Assembly (NCBI GenBank): GCA_016198705.1
Contig: JACQIA010000002.1
Span: 1,521-65,520, forward strand
Length of the DNA stretch: 64,000 nt
Source of the DNA: Candidatus Aenigmatarchaeota archaeon
Lineage (GTDB): Archaea > Aenigmatarchaeota > Aenigmatarchaeia > CG10238-14 > SCSR01
Direction of reading: 5' to 3'
Made by a program: the position numbers and the translations under genes. The notes beneath the pieces were generated by a model. That model had not been told where the DNA came from and searched no databases. It saw nothing but the letters and a program-made list of their open reading frames with translations. This document shows, one piece after another, positions 35,208-44,911 of this stretch. Positions within the stretch are counted from its first letter, which is position 1, and each line of letters begins with the position of its first letter.

Positions 35208-36726
35208 AAAAATATTGGCAAAATACACAATTGTTGTCGATAATGTAGCAGGCAGTATAGAGATAACAAAAAAAGGCGATGAACTTGTTCCTGTATATGA
35301 GCTTAAACTGCCCACCTTGGAAAAAGGCACTTTAGCACTTTTGGATAAGGTTAGAGAAATCTTGGTTGCGCATATACCTATAAAGGCTACTGAATTGCTC
35401 GATATAGCAACAGCAGAAAGCGTCAAAGAAAAAATTTACGCCAATGGACTTGAAATAATAAAGTCAGAACTGCCGACAGTAGACGAACAGATACAGAAGT
35501 ATCTAATAGGTTTGCTTATTCATGAAATGCTCGGTTTGGGGAAGTTGGAGATTCCATTAGGCGATGGCGAATTGGAGGAAATAGTAATCAACAGTGCAAA
35601 GGAACCGATTTGGGTATATCACAAAAAATTTGGCTGGCTTAAAACAAACATAGTAATTTCTTCTGAGGCAGAGATTGTAAATTACGCTGTAGCCATTGGT
35701 AGAAAAGTAGGTAGGCAGATCACAGTTCTAAATCCTTTGATGGATGCGCATCTTACCACTGGAGACAGGGTTAATGCAACTTTATTCCCAGTTTCTACTA
35801 GAGGAAATACACTAACCATAAGAAAATTTCGTCGTTCACCATGGACAATCACTGATTTTATAGAAAACAAGACTATTACTCCAGATGTAGCAGCTTTGCT
35901 TTGGCTTAGTATGCAGTATGAGATGAACATGATTGTCGCAGGTGGTACTGCCTCTGGCAAGACAAGCTTTCTAAATGTACTAACGCCGTTCATACCCCCT
36001 AACCACAGGATAATTACTATAGAAGATACACGCGAATTAACATTGCCTTCATTCTTACATTGGATACCGCTTACCACAAGAGAGCCGAACCCCGAAGGCA
36101 AAGGAGAGGTGACGATGTTGGATTTGCTAGTGAACAGTTTGCGCATGAGGCCGGATAGAATAATTTTGGGTGAAATAAGGAGATCAAGAGAAGCTGAAGT
36201 ATTATTTGAAGCAATGCACACCGGTCATTCAGTCTATGCTACCATCCATGCATATACAGCCGACCAGACTTACCGTAGGCTAGTTAACCCTCCTATAAAC
36301 GTGCCAGAAACCATGCTGGAGGCTTTGCATCTCATAACTGTCTGTTTCCGTGATAGAAGGCTGGGCATAAGAAGAGTTTTCCAGGTTGCTGAATTAGTCC
36401 CATCCGGAAGAGGTACTGGCGTATCAATGAATGTAATTTTCAGATGGAAGGCTGACAAGGATATTATCGAACAGCATGCCGAAAGTTACCGGTTGTTCGA
36501 AGAATTGCATATGCATACAGGCATGACTAATGCAGAAATTACCGATGACTTGAAGGACAAGGTCAAAATACTTGAGTGGCTGGTTAAAAATAAAGTGAAT
36601 ACAGTCGATTCAATAGGTAGAATAGTATCACAATATTATTCCGAGCCAGAAATTATTTTGGAATTGGTAAACAAGAAGAAAAAGCCTGGGCTTGGAGGAA
36701 AAAGCGCTAAAGGAATAGAAGCATGA
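35200..36726 (+). CDS. Type IV pilus assembly ATPase (TadA/FlaI/VirB11 family)
   Basis: Walker A GGTASGKTSFLN, TIEDTRE, Walker B/His box; 508 aa. Confidence 0.8.
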   Translation: MIEKILAKYTIVVDNVAGSIEITKKGDELVPVYELKLPTLEKGTLALLDKVREILVAHIPIKATELLDIATAESVKEKIYANGLEIIKSELPTVDEQIQKYLIGLLIHEMLGLGKLEIPLGDGELEEIVINSAKEPIWVYHKKFGWLKTNIVISSEAEIVNYAVAIGRKVGRQITVLNPLMDAHLTTGDRVNATLFPVSTRGNTLTIRKFRRSPWTITDFIENKTITPDVAALLWLSMQYEMNMIVAGGTASGKTSFLNVLTPFIPPNHRIITIEDTRELTLPSFLHWIPLTTREPNPEGKGEVTMLDLLVNSLRMRPDRIILGEIRRSREAEVLFEAMHTGHSVYATIHAYTADQTYRRLVNPPINVPETMLEALHLITVCFRDRRLGIRRVFQVAELVPSGRGTGVSMNVIFRWKADKDIIEQHAESYRLFEELHMHTGMTNAEITDDLKDKVKILEWLVKNKVNTVDSIGRIVSQYYSEPEIILELVNKKKKPGLGGKSAKGIEA

Positions 36727-37604
36727 TACCTTTTGTACCATTGCCTTTGGATAAAGCTGTAAAAGTTTCCCGTCCATTTATAGGTTTGTCAAATAAACTG
36801 CATGTTTTATTTCCCTATCTAGATACAAAACTTTCTCAGGCCAATATACCTGTAAAGGGTAAGGAATATCTTTCTGTGATTATTTTTTCAACATTCTTTT
36901 GGTTTGCTTTAACCGCAGGACTTCTGCTGACGTTGGGTCTATTTCTGAAAAATTTACCCCCCAACTTTACTGCCATAGCCCTTTTGGGGTCATCTGCAAT
37001 TTCTTTTATAGCATTCTTTTACATCAATTTTTATCCAAATGCTATAGTCATCCAGAAAACTAAGGATATAGACAAAAATTTACTTTTTGCACTGAGGCAT
37101 CTACTGATTCAAGTTAAGTCTGGAGTCCCTCTTTTTGAGTCTCTAGTATCTGTAGCCAAGGGAAATTACGGCTTGATTTCTGTCGAGTTTACCAAATCAA
37201 CAAAGAACATCGCCACTGGCATGTCCCAATCTGTGGCATTGGAAGAAATTGCCTATAAAAATCCTAGTCTCTACTTCCGTAGAACAATATGGCAATTAGT
37301 AAATTCTCTTAAAGCGGGGGCAGATATAGGAAACACACTAGAAGTTCTGGTGCAAAGCTTATCAAACGAGCAGAGGGTAGCTATTAGAAAGTACGGCTCT
37401 CAGTTGGGTCCTTTGGCATTGATGTACATGATGGTTGCTGTCATTATGCCGGCATTGGGTATTACATTTTTAATAATTTTTTCTTCTATATCTAGCCTAC
37501 AGGTTTCCGAAATAGTTTTCTATATGATTCTTGGATTTTTGGTTATTTTTCAACTCGCCTACTCGGGACTGATTAAAAACAATCGACCATCGGTGGAATT
37601 ATGA
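36723..37604 (+). CDS. TadB/TadC-like pilus platform membrane protein (first half)
   Basis: Polytopic membrane protein in the FlaJ/TadC position, overlapping the ATPase by 4 nt. Confidence 0.55.
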   Translation: MIPFVPLPLDKAVKVSRPFIGLSNKLHVLFPYLDTKLSQANIPVKGKEYLSVIIFSTFFWFALTAGLLLTLGLFLKNLPPNFTAIALLGSSAISFIAFFYINFYPNAIVIQKTKDIDKNLLFALRHLLIQVKSGVPLFESLVSVAKGNYGLISVEFTKSTKNIATGMSQSVALEEIAYKNPSLYFRRTIWQLVNSLKAGADIGNTLEVLVQSLSNEQRVAIRKYGSQLGPLALMYMMVAVIMPALGITFLIIFSSISSLQVSEIVFYMILGFLVIFQLAYSGLIKNNRPSVEL

Positions 37605-38581
37605 GAATATCATTTAGAATAGTAAGCCAATTGGCCCCTCAAAGCTACAAGAAATGGGTAGAAGAAAATTTGCGATATGCAGGCTTTTCTATAAGCCCTT
37701 GGAAATTCGTAGGTCTGATGGTTTTATACGGTTTCTCAGTAGCTCTGGCATTGGCAACGATTTTGTATGTTTTTGACTACCATTTAATATGGGTTCTTGC
37801 AGGATGGATAGCAGGTTTTATATCAATTTTCGCCATTTTTAACAGTATCCTTATCATAGTCGTCGACAATCGTGCTAGATTTGTAGAAGATATGTTGCCA
37901 GATGTGTTGCAACTTATGGCTGCCAACATGCGTTCTGGCTTTGCACCTGAACGTGCCTTGCTTTTATCGGCACGGCCAGAATTCGGTTTCCTGGAGACAG
38001 AAATCAAGAATGCATCAAAAGAATTATTTTCCGGCGCAAATATAGAAGATGCTTTGGGAGGAATTGCACGCAAAATTAATTCCAAGATACTGTCCACTAC
38101 AGTAAAACTTATTGTCGAAGGCATCAAAAAAGGAGGGGAACTTACTAAATTGCTGGAGCAAACTGCAGAAGATGTGAGAAATACAAGGATACTTAAAAAA
38201 GAAATCACAGCGCAAGTAACAGTATACGCCATTTTCATCTTTTTTGCCACTTCAATAGGTGCGCCATTTCTATATGGCATTTCCACTTTTTTGGCAGAAA
38301 CTATGGCTCATATAGGTAAGCAGATAGACATCGGAGACGCAGCATTGCCACAAACATCATTTATAAGTTTGAATAAGGTAAGCATAGACCCAGTCTTTCT
38401 AAGCAACTATTCATTGGCCGCGCTTGCAATAACGTCGATATTCGGAGGGATAATCATTGGTTTAATTCTAGAAGGTTCTGAAAAGGTTGGGATAAAGTAT
38501 ATCCCCGTTATGCTAGTGATAAGCATGCTGATATTCTTTGCAGCCAGATCAGTAATATCCCAAGTTATTATCATCTTTTAA
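37601..38581 (+). CDS. TadC/FlaJ-like pilus platform membrane protein (second half)
   Basis: Polytopic; together with the preceding gene it resembles a FlaJ split into two genes, as in bacterial TadB and TadC. Confidence 0.55.
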   Translation: MRISFRIVSQLAPQSYKKWVEENLRYAGFSISPWKFVGLMVLYGFSVALALATILYVFDYHLIWVLAGWIAGFISIFAIFNSILIIVVDNRARFVEDMLPDVLQLMAANMRSGFAPERALLLSARPEFGFLETEIKNASKELFSGANIEDALGGIARKINSKILSTTVKLIVEGIKKGGELTKLLEQTAEDVRNTRILKKEITAQVTVYAIFIFFATSIGAPFLYGISTFLAETMAHIGKQIDIGDAALPQTSFISLNKVSIDPVFLSNYSLAALAITSIFGGIIIGLILEGSEKVGIKYIPVMLVISMLIFFAARSVISQVIIIF

Positions 38582-38614
38582 TAGGAAAGCTTTTTAAAGT
38601 GGAAATTAAATATA

Positions 38615-39025
38615 ATGAATAGGAGAAATTTAATGAAGATGAAAAAAGCACAATCGGCAATGGAATACCTGATGACTTACGGCTGGGCTATATTGATAGT
38701 CATCGTGGTAGTTGCAGCTTTGTATGCTTTAGGTGTTTTCCAAGTTGGTGGGCAAGGAGTGACATGCAGTCCATGTTTCAGCAATTTTGCTTACGTTGAC
38801 TATTCTGCAGGGACTCTGTTGATTCGTAACGGTCCTCAGGACATTAGCAGCGTATCAGTTGCATCTGTCCCTGTTGGGGCAACAACAGCAGCAACATCAG
38901 CGACACCTGGTCAAGATATAACAATCACAGCTGTACCAACAACTGGAAATCCTGTGGTAACTGTTACTTATACAGTAACTGCCTCAGGTTTATCGCATAC
39001 AGACACAGCAACAATGCATAACTAG
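38615..39025 (+). CDS. Major type IV pilin candidate (archaeal DUF361-type class III signal)
   Basis: KKAQSAMEYLMTYGWAILIVIVVVAAL is the classic QxxxEYLxxYGWAI archaeal pilin motif. The mature part is Thr/Val/Ala-rich, and a strong hairpin follows the gene. Confidence 0.75.
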   Translation: MNRRNLMKMKKAQSAMEYLMTYGWAILIVIVVVAALYALGVFQVGGQGVTCSPCFSNFAYVDYSAGTLLIRNGPQDISSVSVASVPVGATTAATSATPGQDITITAVPTTGNPVVTVTYTVTASGLSHTDTATMHN

Positions 39026-39059
39026 AAATCGCGAAATTTTCATTTTTTTTGATTTCTAG
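39022..39059 (+). terminator. Stem-loop (9-bp stem CTAGAAATC/GATTTCTAG, T-rich loop) overlapping the pilin stop codon
   Basis: Read directly from the sequence; it is followed by further T-runs. Confidence 0.35.
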
Positions 39060-39172
39060 TGATTATTGCTTCTAATTTTTAGAAGATTTTTGGTAAATTA
39101 GTATACCTTCTTCCTTCTTTCCCACAGCCAAACAATTATGTCAAAATAACCCTTGCCTGCTAAACAACAATT

Positions 39173-39661
39173 TCATACATTTCTCAGCGCACACTCTACC
39201 GGTGGCTGCAGCATTAACCCACATAAGGAATTTATTATTTCAGTCTCCGTAACATTCATCCCCTGCAAAGTCTTTTCTCCAACTCTTATTTGATTACTAT
39301 CTGTAACAAACCCTATAATGTTCACTTTAGGTAAATTCGAAGAAGTTGATTTTATCTCCTCCACAAAAATTTGATTCTCGAACTGCTTTAGATTTACAAG
39401 CTGCCCTAATATATTTTGTGTTTCCAAACACTTCTCGCAAGTCAAATTATATTCGAATCTTATGATAACCTTGCCCTGTTGCAATATAGCATTTTCTTGT
39501 TGCGGCGTCAGCTCACCATCTACTACTTTACTATCAGGTACTTCTGTTTTTTGCGGGATTGAAGGATTATAAAAAGCTGCCTGCAGTACATAAGGGACTA
39601 TAGAAAAGCCACCTACAAGCATGAACAATACCAATATAAGCAGTGCAGATTTGACCTTCAT
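39173..39661 (-). CDS. Exported thioredoxin-fold protein (CxxC)
   Basis: N-terminal signal/TM; CEKC motif with downstream pattern resembling small thioredoxin_3-like redox proteins; 162 aa. Confidence 0.35.
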   Translation of the reverse strand: MKVKSALLILVLFMLVGGFSIVPYVLQAAFYNPSIPQKTEVPDSKVVDGELTPQQENAILQQGKVIIRFEYNLTCEKCLETQNILGQLVNLKQFENQIFVEEIKSTSSNLPKVNIIGFVTDSNQIRVGEKTLQGMNVTETEIINSLCGLMLQPPVECALRNV

Positions 39662-39701
39662 TTAAATCAGTAATATATCTTTTTACTTATAATTTATTCT
39701 A

Positions 39702-40499
39702 ATGGTATTAGAGAGATTAATTTCTATAAGCGACGCATTGAAGCATCCGGGGTGGATGTATATTATTGGCGGTGCTGTATCAGTACTGTGCCTTTTTATA
39801 TCATTTTTGATTTTCCCGCAATCAGTAGGATTGTTTACAACGTTTCTTATAACAATTGCGATGACACCCTTCATGGTAAGACTGATTACTTATGAGGAAG
39901 CTAGTACAGAGAAAGAAATTGAGGGCCATATAGAAGGGAATTTCTTTCAGAGGTACAGCAATGTTCTTTCAATATATTCAGCATTTTTTGCAGGCATGAT
40001 TACATTTCTCTCTATAGCTTTCTTGATTTTGCCAGACGTAACGGTTCAAAAACTATTTGAAGATCAGATAAAGGAAATAAATTTAATAAGGGGAAGTGTG
40101 ATTTTTGCCAGCACTTTTGAGAGAATAGTGGTTAATAACATAGGTGTCTTAATACTTTCTGTGATTCTTTCTTTCTTGTTTGGAGCAGGCGCTATATTCA
40201 TTCTGGCTTGGAATGCGTCTATATTATCTACTGCAATAGGCTTGACAGCAAAAAGTATAGGTGGCATCCACAGCTTGCCTATAGCAGTTTTGGTATATTT
40301 CCCCCACGGGAGTTTGGAAATTTTAGCCTATTTCATCGGGGCTATCGCCGGCGGTTTGGTTTCCGCAGCATTTACAAGAAAAGAGACGAGAATGTTCTGG
40401 CCAGTAGTAAAAGACGGCCTGATGCTTGTAGGAATAGCAATCGTCATTTTAATGGTTGCTGGGGTAATTGAAACGACCTCTATCGCCATATCAGGGTAG
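39702..40499 (+). CDS. SpoIIM-like (DUF95) membrane protein
   Basis: Polytopic; GAGAIFILAWNASIL and PHGSLEILAYFIGAIAGG are typical of DUF95. Confidence 0.5.
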   Translation: MVLERLISISDALKHPGWMYIIGGAVSVLCLFISFLIFPQSVGLFTTFLITIAMTPFMVRLITYEEASTEKEIEGHIEGNFFQRYSNVLSIYSAFFAGMITFLSIAFLILPDVTVQKLFEDQIKEINLIRGSVIFASTFERIVVNNIGVLILSVILSFLFGAGAIFILAWNASILSTAIGLTAKSIGGIHSLPIAVLVYFPHGSLEILAYFIGAIAGGLVSAAFTRKETRMFWPVVKDGLMLVGIAIVILMVAGVIETTSIAISG

Positions 40500-42989
40500 C
40501 TATTCTAAATATATTGCTGGCTTGCCGTACTTGGCTCTGGACACTTTATTTTCTGGATCGTATTTGTTTTTGTCAGAAGCTTTGAACAATTCTATTTTTT
40601 TGAACTTGAACAAATTTTTCAAATAGTTTGTTGCCTCTTTGAAATATTCGTATTCTTTATCGGTTACAAAATATAGGTAAGCATTTTTCTTTGTTCCAGT
40701 TAATCTCAAAACATGATTTAAATCTTCCTGTGTTTTTTTGAAAATATTCTCAAGTTCTATGGCAGTCTTGTCAATTTTCTTTGCATCCGCTTTTGGCCAA
40801 TATTCTAAAGAAACAAATTTCTTATTCCCCAACTCATGCCAAAGTTCTTCAGACGCATGAGGTATAATAGGTGAGAATAAAAGCACCAATAGCCCAAGAA
40901 TTTCTTTCAACGTCCTTTCGCTTATGGAGTTTCTATAAGTTTCAATCTCCCCCACAATTTCTTTCAACTCATTTATAACCGAAGGAAAGTTGAATTCACT
41001 AAAATCTTTTTCTATATTGCCTATAGCACTGTGCACTCTGCTTAGAATGTATTTGTCTCTAGAGTTATTTTCTGGATTATGTTTCTTAAATTGATTGGCG
41101 AATTTATTCAAAGTTCTATGGTAGGATGTCAATCCTTTGTCACTCCATTCAAATTCTTTAGCAGGCAAAGCTAGGCCCAACATAAACAAGCGAACAGAAT
41201 CTGCACTAAATTTCTTTATCATTTCTTCCGGATCCACAACATTCCCACGTGATTTTGACATGGCAAAGCCGCCTTTTAGTACCATACCCTGAGTTAAGAG
41301 ACGGTTGAAAGGTTCGTCCATTTCATGGAGGCCTATATCTCTTAATGCCTTTGTGAAAAACCTTGCATACAAGAGGTGCATTATTGCATGTTCTATCCCG
41401 CCGATATACTGGTCAACAGGCATCCAATAGCTTACAATCTTCTTGTCAAAAGGCAATTCATCATAATCAGGTGAGCAGTATCTGAAGAAGTACCAAGACG
41501 AATCAACGAAGGTATCCATAGTATCAGTTTCTCTTCGAGCATTTTTCTTACATTTCGGACATTTAGTAGCAACAAATTTCTTAGACGTTTCTAGAGGATT
41601 GCCTTTTCCAGTGAATTTGACATCAGTTGGTAATTTGACAGGCAAATATTCATAAGGCACAGGAACAATACCGCAATCGTTGCAATAAATAACTGGTATA
41701 GGTGTCCCCCAATATCTTTGTCTTGATATTAACCAATCACGGAGCTTGTAGTTTGTTATACGTTTTGCATTGTTATTGCTCACAAGCCATTCTGCTATCT
41801 TTGGCAGAGCTTCTACATTTTTAAGACCGTTGAACTGGTTGGAATTAATCATTGTTCCATTTTCTGTATACGCCTCTGTCAGCTGATCAACATCAAAATC
41901 AAGTTTGTCGGCAGGTCTTATTACAACTTTTAATGGCAAGCCGTATTTCTTTGCAAACTTGAAATCTCTTTTATCGTGCGCGTCGCACATAACCGCACCA
42001 GTTCCGTATTCCATAACTGCAAAGTTGGCCACCCATATAGGTATTTTTTCTTTGGATGCAGGATTGACTGCATATTTACCTATGAATACACCTTTCTTCT
42101 CCTTTTCCTCATTGAGTCTATCGATTGTACTTTCACCTATAGCTTTTAGTACAAATTCCTGCACTTCTTTATGGTACTTTGTCCCCTTAATTAATCTTTC
42201 AACTAATGGGTGTTCGGGTGCTAAAACAAGGAAAGTTACAGAAAATATAGTATCTGGTCGTGTTGTAAAAGTCGGTATTCTAACATCCATGCCCTCAACG
42301 GGAAAGAATATCTCAACACCTTCACTTTTCCCAATCCAATTCCTCTGCATAGTCTTAACATTTTCAGACCAATCCAATCGTTCCATATCTTCAAGCAGTT
42401 GATCAGCGTATTCTGTTATTTTGAAGAACCATTGTTCTAGTTCCTTCATTTCAACGCTAGAATGGCATCTCCAGCATTGTCCTTTATCAACCTGTTCATT
42501 TGCTAATACAGTTTTGCAGCTAGGGCACCAATTTACAGGAGCTTTTTTCTTGTAAGCCAACCCCCTTTCCAGAAATTTCAAAAATATCCATTGGTTCCAT
42601 TTGAAGTAGTTTGGATTGAACGACGCTATTTCCCTAGTCCAATCATAGCTTAATCCCAGCATCTTTTGTTGCTGTTTCATAGCCTTGATAGATTCTATAG
42701 TCCATTTTTCCGGACGAGTCTTGTATTTTATCGCTGCATTTTCAGCAGGCAGGCCAAATGCATCATAGCCCATAGGATATAATACATTGAATCCCATCAT
42801 TCGTTTGAATCTCGCATAAGCATCACCGATGACATAATTTCTCACATGTCCCATGTGTAGCTTGCCTGACGGATAAGGATACATTTCTAGATTGTAGAAT
42901 TTTTTCTTTTTTGGATTTACATTGGCTTCGAAGATTTTAGCCTTTTCCCATTTCTTCTGCCATTTCTGCTCTATTTTTTTGAAATCCAT
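40500..42989 (-). CDS. leuS: Leucyl-tRNA synthetase
   Basis: YPYPSGKLHMGHVRNYVIGD (HIGH region), MSKSRGN, CP1 editing region; 829 aa. Confidence 0.85.
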   Translation of the reverse strand: MDFKKIEQKWQKKWEKAKIFEANVNPKKKKFYNLEMYPYPSGKLHMGHVRNYVIGDAYARFKRMMGFNVLYPMGYDAFGLPAENAAIKYKTRPEKWTIESIKAMKQQQKMLGLSYDWTREIASFNPNYFKWNQWIFLKFLERGLAYKKKAPVNWCPSCKTVLANEQVDKGQCWRCHSSVEMKELEQWFFKITEYADQLLEDMERLDWSENVKTMQRNWIGKSEGVEIFFPVEGMDVRIPTFTTRPDTIFSVTFLVLAPEHPLVERLIKGTKYHKEVQEFVLKAIGESTIDRLNEEKEKKGVFIGKYAVNPASKEKIPIWVANFAVMEYGTGAVMCDAHDKRDFKFAKKYGLPLKVVIRPADKLDFDVDQLTEAYTENGTMINSNQFNGLKNVEALPKIAEWLVSNNNAKRITNYKLRDWLISRQRYWGTPIPVIYCNDCGIVPVPYEYLPVKLPTDVKFTGKGNPLETSKKFVATKCPKCKKNARRETDTMDTFVDSSWYFFRYCSPDYDELPFDKKIVSYWMPVDQYIGGIEHAIMHLLYARFFTKALRDIGLHEMDEPFNRLLTQGMVLKGGFAMSKSRGNVVDPEEMIKKFSADSVRLFMLGLALPAKEFEWSDKGLTSYHRTLNKFANQFKKHNPENNSRDKYILSRVHSAIGNIEKDFSEFNFPSVINELKEIVGEIETYRNSISERTLKEILGLLVLLFSPIIPHASEELWHELGNKKFVSLEYWPKADAKKIDKTAIELENIFKKTQEDLNHVLRLTGTKKNAYLYFVTDKEYEYFKEATNYLKNLFKFKKIELFKASDKNKYDPENKVSRAKYGKPAIYLE

Positions 42990-43191
42990 AGTTATCTTAA
43001 TTTTAATTATCCTATAATATTATTTATTCGAATCTATACTAATTATAAAATTATTGCAGATCTTTCCTCTGGGTTCCTCTGCCATAGCATCTTTTCATCC
43101 ATTAAAAGGAACAGTTCTAGGATCTCCACATGCATCCTCTTCTAAAACTTGTAAATGTTTTTCACATCAATCATTTAAAGATTTACAAAAA

Positions 43192-44490
43192 TCATCTATT
43201 GAAAAATTCTCTATGAAGAGATTCAACCGCTTGCCGTTCGTATCTTGGGTCTAGCATTATACCTATTGACGTTGAATGAGATTCGCCGGCATTAGGATCA
43301 TGAGTTCTTTGTATGTTTATACCTCTTAATGCACTATAAGCACGTTTAGCAATTCCTTTCGCATCACTCATGCCAGAACCCACAACACCTATGTACGAAA
43401 CTCTTTCTTGGTAAGTTATTTGAATTTCTTTTCTATCTACAGCATGATTTACAATAGCCTTAGCGAGCTCTCTTCCTCTTTCAGAAACACCAATTCCTAA
43501 CCCTCCTGGTATTCCTCCATAAGTAAACCAATCAATTGTTGGATTTCTATAAAGTTCACTAATAACACCTCTCCACTCTCCACGTATACCGTATGTATCT
43601 ACATCTCTAGACGCTATGAATCTCACAGTCTGCTTTTTGGCACCGGGATTAATCCTTGTTTTCCTTTGTCCATTCATTCCAGCTATGTAAACTTGTGAAT
43701 TGGGATGAGTTTCTAAAAATGTCTTAAGAGGTTCTACAGAGCTAGGAGTTCTCAAACTCGCACCGAAAAAGCCTGCAGCCCATGCTTCGTCCAAATCTAT
43801 TTCATCTACTACACGAGCACGGCCATACGGAGCAGTTGTTAATGCGTCTTCAGCAATAACCCATACAACATCTGCACCAAACGCATAAGCAGCTATAAAT
43901 GATGCGGTATCGCCCCCGCCTCTCCCAAGTGTCCTGGCAAGACCATCATTGAATACAGTATATCCTGGAACTACAATTACACCATCTCTCATAGGTATTC
44001 TTTCAGCAGCTTCTTTAGAACCTTCTAAATCTATTACAGCTTTTCTACGTTCTTCTTTTTGTCTTATGGGAAAATTTTGATGTTTATGATCTACAAGTGT
44101 GGAATTTATGCCCGACTGTACTAGGTAACTATTCAATACTTGTGCAGTTAGTTCGTATCCTGATGCAACTAATATCTCATCTATGTTATGACTCCTCCCT
44201 CCAAGAAGCATATTATCAAACTGTCTACATGCACTTTCAAAATTTGTAGTTAATCGGTTGTCATCTAGTTGTTGTATAAGAGCTTCATATGCTCCAAAAA
44301 CTTGACGCCCCTTCCTACCATTCCCTGCATCCAAAGTTTCTACTAATCTATCTGTAGTATCGCGTAAAGGAACAGTAACAATAACTATTCTGCCATTGTT
44401 ACCTTCCATTGCTTTAATCTGTCTAGAGATTCTTTCTAGATCAGCTGGTTCTTGAATAGTCTGGGGACCATATTTAATTATTGCTGTCAT
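43192..44490 (-). CDS. Aspartate kinase (amino-acid kinase domain + two ACT domains), compositionally foreign
   Basis: IIKYGPQT...VVPGYTVFNDGLARTLGRGGGDTASFIAAYAFGADVVWVIAEDALTTAPYGRARVVDEIDLDEAWAAGFFGASLRTPSSVEP matches aspartokinase signatures (GRGGSD, V-TD-GVYTADPR-V). C-terminal ACT domains IGVVGSGM and SIGIMLD. GC about 45% against about 33% nearby; Arg-rich and Lys-poor. Confidence 0.75.
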   Translation of the reverse strand: MTAIIKYGPQTIQEPADLERISRQIKAMEGNNGRIVIVTVPLRDTTDRLVETLDAGNGRKGRQVFGAYEALIQQLDDNRLTTNFESACRQFDNMLLGGRSHNIDEILVASGYELTAQVLNSYLVQSGINSTLVDHKHQNFPIRQKEERRKAVIDLEGSKEAAERIPMRDGVIVVPGYTVFNDGLARTLGRGGGDTASFIAAYAFGADVVWVIAEDALTTAPYGRARVVDEIDLDEAWAAGFFGASLRTPSSVEPLKTFLETHPNSQVYIAGMNGQRKTRINPGAKKQTVRFIASRDVDTYGIRGEWRGVISELYRNPTIDWFTYGGIPGGLGIGVSERGRELAKAIVNHAVDRKEIQITYQERVSYIGVVGSGMSDAKGIAKRAYSALRGINIQRTHDPNAGESHSTSIGIMLDPRYERQAVESLHREFFNR

Positions 44491-44807
44491 TTCCGATCAC
44501 TCAAGTAGAAAATTACTTTATTTAAGTTTCTTTTATGCAACCAGGTCCTCTGCTGCCTTGCAGAATCCTCCCCTATTGCCCCTTTGAATTAATCTTAAGA
44601 GCAGCTAGGGTAGAAAACATCCTATAGATATGAGTGGTAAAGTTACTTGCTAACGAATTTTTAGTACTTATTCCCCAACTCATTTAAAACACAAAATTTA
44701 TTTCTGTTATTATATTAAAAAAATATACTTTAAATAGTTTGCTGGGATTTTACTATTAACTATTTCATACAAAAGCTTCTATTAATTAATTGTTATAGTA
44801 GGTAAAT

Positions 44808-44911
44808 GCCTTCGTAGCTCAGCTTGGATAGAGCAGCTCACATGATTGGCTGAACCTTCTATCTGTCTGGGAGCAAGGAGAAGGTCGAGGGTTCAAATCC
44901 CTCCGAGGGCA
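44808..44911 (+). tRNA. tRNA, 104 nt, intron-containing; identity unresolved
   Basis: Acceptor GCCTTCG/CGAGGGC (one G-U); discriminator A; T-arm GAGGG-TTCAAAT-CCCTC; variable loop AGGTC; D-arm GCTC-AGCTTGGATA-GAGC. About 29 extra nt lie between position 26 and the variable loop, including a 6-bp helix CCTTCT/AGAAGG. No single canonical 37/38 intron gives a clean anticodon arm. Confidence 0.65.

Noticed and set aside
43054-43254. 66-aa plus-strand ORF between leuS and the aspartokinase
   Set aside because: It overlaps the 3' end of the aspartokinase on the opposite strand and lies in the leuS promoter region, with no motif support.
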